A stretch of DNA of 64,000 nucleotides from positions 64,001-128,000 of IMG/VR virus record IMGVR_UViG_3300005611_001698. One strand, written 5' to 3'. The DNA is from a virus. Lineage: Duplodnaviria; Caudoviricetes. Under the pieces are notes generated by a model. It was given only the letters and a program-made list of their open reading frames with translations. It had not been told where the DNA came from and did not search any database. This document shows, piece by piece, positions 1-7,837 of this stretch. How positions within the stretch are numbered: the stretch's first letter is position 1; every line of letters starts with the position of its first letter. A program made the position numbers and the translations under genes.

Positions 1-34
1 CCACATTCGCACGAATGAAGAGGAAAAATGACAA

Positions 35-108
35 CGGGCAAGGAGGGATTCGAACCCCCGACCTACGCATTAGAAGTGCGCTATTCTAATCCACTGAACT
101 ACTTGCCC
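35..108 (-). tRNA. tRNA-Arg(UCU)
   Basis: Reverse complement folds as a cloverleaf: acceptor GGGCAAG/CTTGCCC, D arm GTTC/GAAT, anticodon loop CTTCTAA (TCT), T loop TTCGAAT; CCA not encoded. Confidence 0.95.
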
Positions 109-554
109 AAATTATCAAATTCCCAATGACAATTGGGACATAACGCCATTAGGTTTTCTTTTGAATTTATAACACTTATTAAGGTGTCTCCTTCAAAAGT
201 TGAAATACCCTTGATGTGAGCAATTTCAACATGTTTATTATAACCGCATTTGAAGCAGGTGTCAAGACCCAGTTTTTTAGCAATGGACCTTGCTCTTGTT
301 CTAATAAGAGCATATGCTGAAGACCTGTGATGCTTCTCATAAATTGCTTCATTAAGCGTCATATCTACAGTAAAACTACAACATTTTCTACATCTTGTGC
401 TTCTACTATCGATAGATATACCACATATTTCGCAGTTTTTATCTATTCTAGTTTTTTTCTTTTTTGGATAATGTTTATTGGTCCATTTGGCAGCACAACT
501 TCTACCACAAAACTTGGGATTAGTATGCTCTACACCGCAGGATAAACATTTCAT
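99..554 (-). CDS. HNH endonuclease with N-terminal Cys-rich zinc-binding repeats (putative homing endonuclease)
   Basis: C-terminal CxxC..EIAHIK...NLMALCPNCHWEFD HNH motif; N-terminal CxxC and KFCxxSC motifs. Confidence 0.85.
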   Translation of the reverse strand: MKCLSCGVEHTNPKFCGRSCAAKWTNKHYPKKKKTRIDKNCEICGISIDSRSTRCRKCCSFTVDMTLNEAIYEKHHRSSAYALIRTRARSIAKKLGLDTCFKCGYNKHVEIAHIKGISTFEGDTLISVINSKENLMALCPNCHWEFDNLGK

Positions 555-560
555 ACCATT

Positions 561-607
561 AATAGATATTACAAAACTATTTATATTTTTTATTTGTAAT
601 ATCTATT
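561..607 (-). promoter_or_regulatory. 15-bp inverted repeat with T4 late promoter TATAAATA (578-585) in the loop, just upstream of the HNH start
   Basis: aatagatattacaaa (561-575) / tttgtaatatctatt (593-607); tatttata at 578-585. Confidence 0.85.
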
Positions 608-608
608 T

Positions 609-637
609 ATTATAATGTATTTTTACCAAATTGTCAA
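609..637 (-). promoter_or_regulatory. sigma70-type promoter TTGACA-17-TATAAT
   Basis: Perfect consensus, -35 at 637-632, -10 at 614-609, 17-nt spacer, facing HNH and tRNA. Confidence 0.85.
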
Positions 638-683
638 GATCTCTTAAAGACTTTAAAGATGTCCCATCAACCCTGACAGAGTT

Positions 684-712
684 ATCATACTCATATTTAA
701 TCACCTTGTCAA
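684..712 (-). promoter_or_regulatory. sigma70-type promoter TTGACA-17-TATGAT
   Basis: -35 at 712-707, -10 at 689-684, 17-nt spacer. Confidence 0.75.
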
Positions 713-743
713 GGGCCACATTCGATAAATAGCTGAGCACCCA

Positions 744-1247
744 ATGAGTGTAAAGATGAAAAGGTTTTTACCTTTCATTATGTTTCTGATGGCGGCACCT
801 GCAAATGCCGATATGATTCATAAAATTTCATCTAGTGTCCAGTTGAATGTTGAGGGTCCAGCTGTTCAATCGACCAGAATCGGTTCATCCTACTCTGTGA
901 GCGGTAGCAACATAACAGCAGGAACTCTTGGCGGTCTTACTGCTCCTGCAAGTGCTACTGCCGCTGCTACGATGAGTTCAGGTACATACACACAGACAAC
1001 TGCTGGTGATGCATTCACGTTCAGTGAATCGTTTAATCAGGGCGATGCAATCGTAACCACTCAAACTGCTCTCAGTGGTGGCCAGATTGATCAACCAAAC
1101 ATCTACGGAAACACCACCACACAACTCGGTGGGACCGCTGGAAGTCTTGCTGGTACTATTGGTAGCGATGGTTCCATGACGCTTACAGCAGGCGGTGCTG
1201 GAACGACTGCAACAGGGCAGTTTGTCACGGAGATTACTGTAAGATGA
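744..1247 (+). CDS. Secreted Gly/Thr/Ser-rich hypothetical protein
   Basis: Signal peptide ending ANA; GATAAATA late-promoter-like box at 724-731; start may be ATG 756. Confidence 0.8.
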   Translation: MSVKMKRFLPFIMFLMAAPANADMIHKISSSVQLNVEGPAVQSTRIGSSYSVSGSNITAGTLGGLTAPASATAAATMSSGTYTQTTAGDAFTFSESFNQGDAIVTTQTALSGGQIDQPNIYGNTTTQLGGTAGSLAGTIGSDGSMTLTAGGAGTTATGQFVTEITVR

Positions 1248-1672
1248 AAAAGTTCCTAGCAGTTTTAGCACTGCTAGGAACTCCTTCTTATGCAGTTCCT
1301 GTGGTGCCTAACTTTACACAAGGAAGTATGACTTCCCATACAGAAACAACAAGTAAAGTCGTAGAGACTATTAATTCTATTGACTACAATACTGGATGGC
1401 AGTATTCAGTAACGGGAACAAATGTCCAGCATAGTGGATCATCAATGTCCCCAAGTGCGATAGATACTACAAACCAAACCATTAACGGCGTGACTTCAAA
1501 ATGGACAGGATTAGATGTCAAAAACAAACCAAACTGGACAATTGTAAATCCAGGAGGAGCGTTTCAGTTCACCGAAAGTTATTCGGGTCCTGGTTTGAGC
1601 AATCAAACAATCATTCAAAGAGAAACAACCATAGAATCCATTACGGACACAACCTCCGTATTCCAACAATAG
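1244..1672 (+). CDS. Secreted Thr/Ser-rich hypothetical protein
   Basis: Signal peptide ending SYA; ATGA overlap with upstream gene. Confidence 0.8.
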   Translation: MKKFLAVLALLGTPSYAVPVVPNFTQGSMTSHTETTSKVVETINSIDYNTGWQYSVTGTNVQHSGSSMSPSAIDTTNQTINGVTSKWTGLDVKNKPNWTIVNPGGAFQFTESYSGPGLSNQTIIQRETTIESITDTTSVFQQ

Positions 1673-2397
1673 TATTATCATTATTTCTTTCATCTCCCTC
1701 TTATGCTGAAACTGTTGGTGGTGTCTCTGCTACTGCTGCTCCTGTTGCTAATTCCAGCGGCAGCGTTACAAACCAAGCTATACAAGTTCTTCAAGGACCA
1801 TACATTACAAACACATACGGTGCTGGTATTCAATGCCAAGGTCCCACTCTTAACATCACTCCATATGTAACTGGTGCTGCATCAGCAACAAAACCATATG
1901 AAGCATATTATGATAGTCCTGTTTATGATATGAGAGATCTATCTGGTGCTTTTGATGATGAAGGAAATATCATTCCAGATGGAGTTCCTGATAATCCTGG
2001 TGCCATTCTTTATAATGTTCCTACAAGAACGGGACAAAAAGATAACTACAACTTATCTGTGGGTGTATCTGCGACATGGAGTATTCCACAAGATAAGAAA
2101 CTACAAGATCAATGTAAAGAAGCAGCTGCTGCTAACATCGCTTTGATGCAACAGACAACTGCTAATAAGAGATTAGATTTTGAGATTGCAAGACTTAAAA
2201 ATTGTGGTCAGTTAATGAAGGAGGGTATTAGTTTCCACCCCAAATCCCCATACTATAAAGTGTGTGCTGATGTAATGGTTAATAATGTTACTTACATCAA
2301 ACCACACGTGCATTCTATTCCTTCCCCTTCAACTTCCTCAGGGCGTGTGAGTACAAACGCTGCTGATCTTGGCGGTCCTTTAAAGACAAAACCTTAG
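1501..2397 (+). CDS. Hypothetical exported protein (start uncertain)
   Basis: Hydrophobic stretch ending PSYA at about aa 55-68; four Cys in the mature part; only ATG lies 172 nt inside the upstream gene. Confidence 0.7.
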   Translation: MDRIRCQKQTKLDNCKSRRSVSVHRKLFGSWFEQSNNHSKRNNHRIHYGHNLRIPTIVLSLFLSSPSYAETVGGVSATAAPVANSSGSVTNQAIQVLQGPYITNTYGAGIQCQGPTLNITPYVTGAASATKPYEAYYDSPVYDMRDLSGAFDDEGNIIPDGVPDNPGAILYNVPTRTGQKDNYNLSVGVSATWSIPQDKKLQDQCKEAAAANIALMQQTTANKRLDFEIARLKNCGQLMKEGISFHPKSPYYKVCADVMVNNVTYIKPHVHSIPSPSTSSGRVSTNAADLGGPLKTKP

Positions 2398-3112
2398 GTT
2401 TCTTCCCCCGTAGTTTAGAAATCTTCTTCATCACTTTCTTGACCGTTGGTTTGATGACCTTTAATAGGACATCTGCCAGCGGTTTTGCCATAAGTGCTGA
2501 TGCTGTTGCAACGACAGCAATACTAGCAGTTGTCATCACGACACCAGCACTGGGAGCACCAGCAATGATCTGTTCTGGGATTGGTACTTTCTCTGTGATC
2601 TGAATACATTCATTGTTGATAAGTTTATATTCAATAACTTTCTTTCGAAAACCTTCAATATATGTTCCAACAGGTTCTTTTGCCTGTTGTGATGCTGTTG
2701 GACAATCTATCTGAGCAGATGATGGTGCTGCAGCCTTTGGCAAATCTGGATTTACTTTTGGGTCAGGTTTATCACCCAATCCCCCAGTATTGATACCCTC
2801 AAATGGTTTTTGTTTTGGGGTTGGAATTACTTGTTCAGGTTCAAACTGAATAGGATTAAAACTAGGAAGACCAGAATCGCAATACGTCTGTACTCCTCTT
2901 TCGTCATCTGACTTTACTTGATTGTTTTTTGCATTGTTTGTCTCATGTGCCTCAACACACCCAGGCATATCAACAATAGGAACTCCAATCTGCTGTGTTA
3001 CAGGAACAACAGGAGGAATTGCCTGAGGTGGTGTCATTAACCAATCAGGAATATTTGGTATTTCTAACTTTCTAATATTAATGTTATCAGTAGAAACATC
3101 AGGTATTTCCAT
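2315..3112 (-). CDS. Pro-rich hypothetical protein with C-terminal membrane anchor and basic tail
   Basis: TAATG coupling to upstream gene; hydrophobic segment followed by Lys-rich tail. Confidence 0.75.
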   Translation of the reverse strand: MEIPDVSTDNINIRKLEIPNIPDWLMTPPQAIPPVVPVTQQIGVPIVDMPGCVEAHETNNAKNNQVKSDDERGVQTYCDSGLPSFNPIQFEPEQVIPTPKQKPFEGINTGGLGDKPDPKVNPDLPKAAAPSSAQIDCPTASQQAKEPVGTYIEGFRKKVIEYKLINNECIQITEKVPIPEQIIAGAPSAGVVMTTASIAVVATASALMAKPLADVLLKVIKPTVKKVMKKISKLRGKKPKVLSLKDRQDQQRLYSHALRKLKGKE

Positions 3113-3759
3113 TAGCAATCATTGAATATTGATCCAACTTCTGATCCAACTTCACTACCAACTTTATTTCCCAACAAAGTTGCCCATCCTGCGGCTAACC
3201 ATCCGACATATGGAATATTCATTACAGCAGGAACAAGAACCCCAGCACTAATTGCTGTCCCTGCCATTGCACCTTGACTCCGTGCGCCAGCGTCCGCCAC
3301 TATGCACTCTACGTCTTTCGCAGACTTTCCCTCACCGTCTGTTGCGGCACCTCCTGCACCAATATTACGAGTGCCGTTAATAGTGTACTCATCACGGCGA
3401 TACTCACTACGCTTTTCGCTACCACCACCAAACCATCCATTTTTCTTTTTATCAACATCTAATGATCTTTCCGAGGACATCACCTTCGGATCATTTGCTT
3501 TATACTTAATAGAGTATCCATCCTTTCCGACATTAACATCGTAGGATGAATAATCTCCACCAGTTGGTAAGTTGATCGATGGAAACTGAGGACGATCTGC
3601 ATACTTTCCAGTAAGATTAATCAGATGACCCAGAACTCCAATATGAGCAATTCCTATCGTTGCTCCAACAATGCCAATAAACCATTTCATTGGTGATTTC
3701 CTCCTCGTTGGTGTTTTATAAGGGCAGTGTTCTGCTGGATAGTAATCACCAGTTTCCAT
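3112..3759 (-). CDS. Hypothetical membrane protein with glycine-zipper-like C-terminus
   Basis: N-terminal TM segment; GAMAG...GNKVGSEVGSEVG. Confidence 0.75.
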   Translation of the reverse strand: METGDYYPAEHCPYKTPTRRKSPMKWFIGIVGATIGIAHIGVLGHLINLTGKYADRPQFPSINLPTGGDYSSYDVNVGKDGYSIKYKANDPKVMSSERSLDVDKKKNGWFGGGSEKRSEYRRDEYTINGTRNIGAGGAATDGEGKSAKDVECIVADAGARSQGAMAGTAISAGVLVPAVMNIPYVGWLAAGWATLLGNKVGSEVGSEVGSIFNDC

Positions 3760-3761
3760 GA

Positions 3762-3983
3762 TCAGAATGGAATAGCAGGACCAGTTGTTTTAGGAAACTC
3801 TGAAACGTTTGGCATCAATGGTTCAATGATTTTTGGAAGTGCTTCTGAAATTTCTCTCACAATCTCCTCTCTTGCACTTTCAATCATTGTATCTGCATTT
3901 TTATAAAGATACACTGTTCCAGCAACAGTGGTGAGAGAAACTAAACCAGATAGAAGTGCTACGACATTAATCAGTTTTTGCAT
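3762..3983 (-). CDS. Small membrane-anchored hypothetical protein
   Basis: ATG 3983 (MQKLINVVALL) with N-terminal TM; upstream part of the track ORF overlaps the neighbour. Confidence 0.7.
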   Translation of the reverse strand: MQKLINVVALLSGLVSLTTVAGTVYLYKNADTMIESAREEIVREISEALPKIIEPLMPNVSEFPKTTGPAIPF

Positions 3984-4296
3984 CTTTTTTAGGCTCGATA
4001 GCGGAAACAACTTCTGGTTCTTTCTTTTGTGCTTGCTTTTGTTGACCATTTCCATTTCCACCATTTTTGGCAGGAGAAAGACCAAAAGCAGCTAATGAAC
4101 CAGAGAATACTGAGGCAATGAAGGTAGGGTCAAAGTCAAGAATCTTTTGACCGTTTGGAAGTCTAACGTAACTAAATGTGAGAAGAGAAGCAGACCATAT
4201 AAGTACAACTACTTTCACCAGATTAGCCAAAACTTCACCTTTATCTTCATGATCGGTGTGCTTTTCTTCTACAACTGCTGTCTTTTTATCAGACAT
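3967..4296 (-). CDS. Two-TM membrane protein with charged tail (holin-like topology)
   Basis: Two hydrophobic segments, hydrophilic C-terminus; GATAAATA upstream near 4319. Confidence 0.7.
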   Translation of the reverse strand: MSDKKTAVVEEKHTDHEDKGEVLANLVKVVVLIWSASLLTFSYVRLPNGQKILDFDPTFIASVFSGSLAAFGLSPAKNGGNGNGQQKQAQKKEPEVVSAIEPKKDAKTD

Positions 4297-4321
4297 TTGT
4301 AGAGAGATCAGGCATTCCTAT

Positions 4322-4975
4322 TTATCTAATGAAGTCGTTCTGGCGCAACCACTTTTCAGTTAATGGTGTTGGGGGATACACTTCCCACATATTTCCAGCA
4401 GCACAAGCATGAAGTGCTTCCTGTGTCATGCCAGCAGTATGTCCTGCCCACATAGCTTCACGTTCCCATGGAAGTGATTGTGCTGGATATGTGTCTTTTG
4501 CGATTGCTGCCCAATATGCAGGAACATCTTCTTCTGGTTTAATGATAGCAATCATTGAATTATTAATACTGCCTGCCATACAATCTTGTGCAGCGTGCCA
4601 ACCTTCGTGACGCATGACACTCATCAAAGTGCTTTGGCGATGCATAAAAGCATCATTAAGATAGAAATTATTACTTACGGTATGATAAACGCCACGGTGA
4701 CCAGGTGGGAAATATTTTTGATCTGCTAGAAAAACCACAACTCCGATCTGATTAAGGGATACCAGCATCTGGTTAAACTCATCAGCAACAGCGTTATAAT
4801 CAGACTCGGGATACCTATTTTTAAGATCGTTGATACTAAAAATTTGGTGGACATTATCTTTACATTCTTGGAGCAACATACATCCCATTGCATCCATAGT
4901 AAAGTATCCTTTGGTTGGTTCAGCAAGGACGGGTGATGCTATTAAAAGCAGAGCACTAAGAATAAATTTTTGCAT
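4322..4975 (-). CDS. Secreted zinc-metallopeptidase-like protein
   Basis: Signal peptide (VLA); HEGWH motif plus downstream WEREA. Confidence 0.7.
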   Translation of the reverse strand: MQKFILSALLLIASPVLAEPTKGYFTMDAMGCMLLQECKDNVHQIFSINDLKNRYPESDYNAVADEFNQMLVSLNQIGVVVFLADQKYFPPGHRGVYHTVSNNFYLNDAFMHRQSTLMSVMRHEGWHAAQDCMAGSINNSMIAIIKPEEDVPAYWAAIAKDTYPAQSLPWEREAMWAGHTAGMTQEALHACAAGNMWEVYPPTPLTEKWLRQNDFIR

Positions 4976-5177
4976 AGTAAGCCTCAAAATATTTCACAAT
5001 CCCAAAATGAGTTTTGTGTCCTTGTGATACCCAGTCATGAGCACACTCATAAATGGACTGTGTTGAATATTTAGGCTTTCCGCTATCTATTTGCCCACCA
5101 AACTTCGTGAGAAGAATATTTAATACTTTCTCACGAAGTTTTAAACGATCATTGTCGTAGCGCCAATCTTGATTCAT
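4956..5177 (-). CDS. Hypothetical protein
   Basis: TAATG-coupled ORF in operon. Confidence 0.65.
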   Translation of the reverse strand: MNQDWRYDNDRLKLREKVLNILLTKFGGQIDSGKPKYSTQSIYECAHDWVSQGHKTHFGIVKYFEAYYAKIYS

Positions 5178-5791
5178 TAGAATACAAACTTTTTAACATA
5201 GTCATATGCATATAACTCACGGTTCCCTTTAATACCCCAACCTAACCAGTAATATGCAGCAACCATATATTGCCTTACAGGACGCCCCGTTCCCTCAAAC
5301 TCTGGCAGATACTTTTGAAAGATGGGTTCATTAATCATATAACGTGTCTGACATTTCAATTCTGAGGGATCACAATCATACTTTCTAGCAAACTTACCTA
5401 GCCCCAGATAACGACCCGTAGAGGTCCACTGAATGAGTCCGTAACCACCGCGATGGCAATTATGATAAGAAACCCTAGCACCTCCCTCACAAATATTGGC
5501 ATGGAAGTTACTTTCTGATTTAATATTTCCAAGAATTGTTGCGAGTGCATTACGATCAACGATATTTGTCTTTTCTTGGAGTTGTTCTAAAACGTATTGT
5601 TCAGCAGGAGAACATGTGGGACACTTCCATTTTTTCTCTTCCACTTCGATTTTTACAACCTTTTCTGGATTTACTTCTCCAACAACTGGTTCATTTACTG
5701 CTGGTGGTGCTTTGATATCACTTAAAGTTGGATAAGCACAAGCAGCAGGAATAGAGGTTGCCAAAACAAGTGGCAGGATTTTTTTGAACAT
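5177..5791 (-). CDS. Lysozyme-family cell-wall hydrolase (phage tail lysozyme-like domain) with signal peptide
   Basis: GNIKSESNF catalytic Glu motif and GYGLIQWT motif; N-terminal signal, possible lipobox Cys. Confidence 0.75.
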   Translation of the reverse strand: MFKKILPLVLATSIPAACAYPTLSDIKAPPAVNEPVVGEVNPEKVVKIEVEEKKWKCPTCSPAEQYVLEQLQEKTNIVDRNALATILGNIKSESNFHANICEGGARVSYHNCHRGGYGLIQWTSTGRYLGLGKFARKYDCDPSELKCQTRYMINEPIFQKYLPEFEGTGRPVRQYMVAAYYWLGWGIKGNRELYAYDYVKKFVF

Positions 5792-5865
5792 TTGAATGGT
5801 AAACTCAACATCCGTCTAGGCAAGGGAGAGGTTCCCCTTCTCGGGGGCAGTGCCCACGGCTCATG

Positions 5866-6321
5866 TTATTTAGAAAAGTAATCCTTTCGGTAGTACCTTC
5901 CTAAGATGTTGCTATTATAGTATGCAGGGGTCCCGTCTGTCAAGGATTCCGTTAAGACATTGTTAAGAAAAAGTTGACGGGTCTCCTCAAAATTAGTTTT
6001 TCCTACCGTGGAATGTAAAGATAGGATTTCTCGTTTGAAGGAAGAATGTCCATATTTTGCAATATCTTCTTTAAGCTCTGGACAACTTCCGTAGTATTTT
6101 TTCCAGTTACTTTCAGTTGTAACTCTTCTCCTCCGTGCATTACTAGAACAAGTTCTAGGTTTTCGTTTTTGCCAGAAATATTTTCTTCCGATGTATTTTT
6201 TACCATTAGCGATGTTAGTGATGCGGTACACAAAACCGTAGCAATCACCAATGTCATCGGATGTGAAAGGGCGTCCTTCAAAAATCCAGGGGTTTTCATA
6301 ATCACACTCTATATTCTTCAA
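5866..6321 (-). CDS. GIY-YIG endonuclease (Seg-like)
   Basis: GFVY-x9-KYIGRK, YYGS, F.REIL..H motifs; start codon uncertain. Confidence 0.8.
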   Translation of the reverse strand: MKNIECDYENPWIFEGRPFTSDDIGDCYGFVYRITNIANGKKYIGRKYFWQKRKPRTCSSNARRRRVTTESNWKKYYGSCPELKEDIAKYGHSSFKREILSLHSTVGKTNFEETRQLFLNNVLTESLTDGTPAYYNSNILGRYYRKDYFSK

Positions 6322-6460
6322 TGATATTCAATACCTCGTCCAAATATTTATGGGCAAGGTTCAGTTCATAATCGCCACCATGAGGTTCACGATACAACTT
6401 GTCTTTGAGTTTTAGAACGCGCATTTTCATTTCATCGCGTTTAAGTTCGTTTCTAGACAT
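6302..6460 (-). CDS. Small hypothetical protein, 52 aa, absent from ORF track
   Basis: MSRNELKRDEMKMRVLKLK...AHKYLDEVLNIIEEYRV; TAATG-coupled. Confidence 0.7.
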   Translation of the reverse strand: MSRNELKRDEMKMRVLKLKDKLYREPHGGDYELNLAHKYLDEVLNIIEEYRV

Positions 6461-6687
6461 TACCATCTGTTTCTACCAAAATGTTTTGTGTAATCATATT
6501 TCATTGCACCAAGAGCCCAAGAGTCAGTAAGACTTTTAGGACCCTCAGTAAGAAGCTGACGTTGCTTCTCAGAAAGTGTAGCACCTTTCCATGCCAAATA
6601 GGTTTCGGTCCAGGTTTGAGGTGCTTCTATGTTTTGATTCTCTAACTCATCAGAGTTGGAATCCAGCAAATGTTTTCTTTGTGACAT
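6460..6687 (-). CDS. Hypothetical protein
   Basis: ATG 6687 within nrdB 3' end with GGAGG upstream; fills the gap in the operon. Confidence 0.6.
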   Translation of the reverse strand: MSQRKHLLDSNSDELENQNIEAPQTWTETYLAWKGATLSEKQRQLLTEGPKSLTDSWALGAMKYDYTKHFGRNRW

Positions 6688-7837
6688 CTTGTTTGATACC
6701 TCCGACAATATAAGACTCAACCTCAGTTTCCTGAGGAGCAACTTGAAGACCCTTAGAGGAAATCCAATGCTGAGTCCATGGTAGTGGATTGTTCTTGGCA
6801 GCAATATCATAGCACGGTTTCATGCCAATGGCTTTAAGTCTACGATTGGCAATCCACTCAACATACTGATGAAGCAGTTTGTCATTGAGTCCAATCATAC
6901 TACCGTCTTTGAAGAGATATTGTGCCCAACGTTTCTCTTCGTTAACAGCACGGTCAAAAAGTGCATACAACCACTCTTTCTCTTCCTCAAAAATCTTTTT
7001 CATTTCAGGATCATCACCCTCTGCCCATTTGTTCAGAATATTCTGAGTCAAAACTAAGTGTTGGTTTTCGTCCCGTGCGATGAGGGAAATAATTTTAGCA
7101 GATCCTTCCATGAGTTTGAGCTCACCGAAGGCAAATGAACAGGCGAAAGACACATAGAATCGTATGCCTTCCAGAACGTTGACATTTGCGATTGCGCGGA
7201 AGAGTTTCCGTTTGAGTTCATACCTTGTTTCTTTGAAAGTACCAGCACCTTCAATCGCATGTTCCCATGCGTTAGATGAACCATACTGCTGTGCCTCACG
7301 AATGAAGTCGTTATACGCTCCTGTAACGCTCTCAGCGCGTTCTAGAATACGATCATCCGTGAGAATAGTATCAAACACCTCACTGGGGTTTGAATACACG
7401 TTTTTGATGATGTAAGTATAGGAGCGACTATGGATCATCTCCATAAACTCCCATACGGTCATTGCTGCTTCCAACTCAGGCAAAGAGCAATATGGGATAA
7501 AAGCCATCCCAGGACCACGACCCTGAACAGAGTCAAGCATAATCTGATACTTCAAGTTAGAAGTGTAGATATGCTTTTGCTCTGGACGCAGTGTTTGATA
7601 ATCTCCACGATCTTTTTGAAGAGAGACCTCCTCAGGTCTCCAAAAATATCCTAACTGTTGAGTTGTAAGTTTATCAAAGACAGGATACTTATATGAATCA
7701 TATCTTTGAACTCCCAGTGGAGCACCAAAGAACATTGGTTGTTTTTTGGTGTCTACTTGGTTGGCGTTGAAAACTGTCATGCCTTCAACTCTCCTAGATT
7801 CTGGATTGTCGTTGAGTTTAAACTGCACAGGACTCAC
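6650..7837 (-). CDS. nrdB: Ribonucleotide reductase class Ia beta subunit
   Basis: FWRPEEV, EMIHSRSY, EGIRFYVSF, DENQH di-iron/tyrosyl motifs. Confidence 0.98.
   Translation of the reverse strand: MSPVQFKLNDNPESRRVEGMTVFNANQVDTKKQPMFFGAPLGVQRYDSYKYPVFDKLTTQQLGYFWRPEEVSLQKDRGDYQTLRPEQKHIYTSNLKYQIMLDSVQGRGPGMAFIPYCSLPELEAAMTVWEFMEMIHSRSYTYIIKNVYSNPSEVFDTILTDDRILERAESVTGAYNDFIREAQQYGSSNAWEHAIEGAGTFKETRYELKRKLFRAIANVNVLEGIRFYVSFACSFAFGELKLMEGSAKIISLIARDENQHLVLTQNILNKWAEGDDPEMKKIFEEEKEWLYALFDRAVNEEKRWAQYLFKDGSMIGLNDKLLHQYVEWIANRRLKAIGMKPCYDIAAKNNPLPWTQHWISSKGLQVAPQETEVESYIVGGIKQDVTKKTFAGFQL

Noticed and set aside
327-545. Plus-strand 72-aa ORF
   Set aside because: Antisense shadow of the HNH gene
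1-724. CCACATTCG at 1-9 and 716-724 bracketing tRNA, HNH and promoters
   Set aside because: Only 9 bp and cut by the window edge; cannot be distinguished from chance without upstream sequence
6688-6810. N-terminal extension of ORF 6460..6810
   Set aside because: Lies within nrdB; ATG 6687 with upstream GGAGG is more plausible
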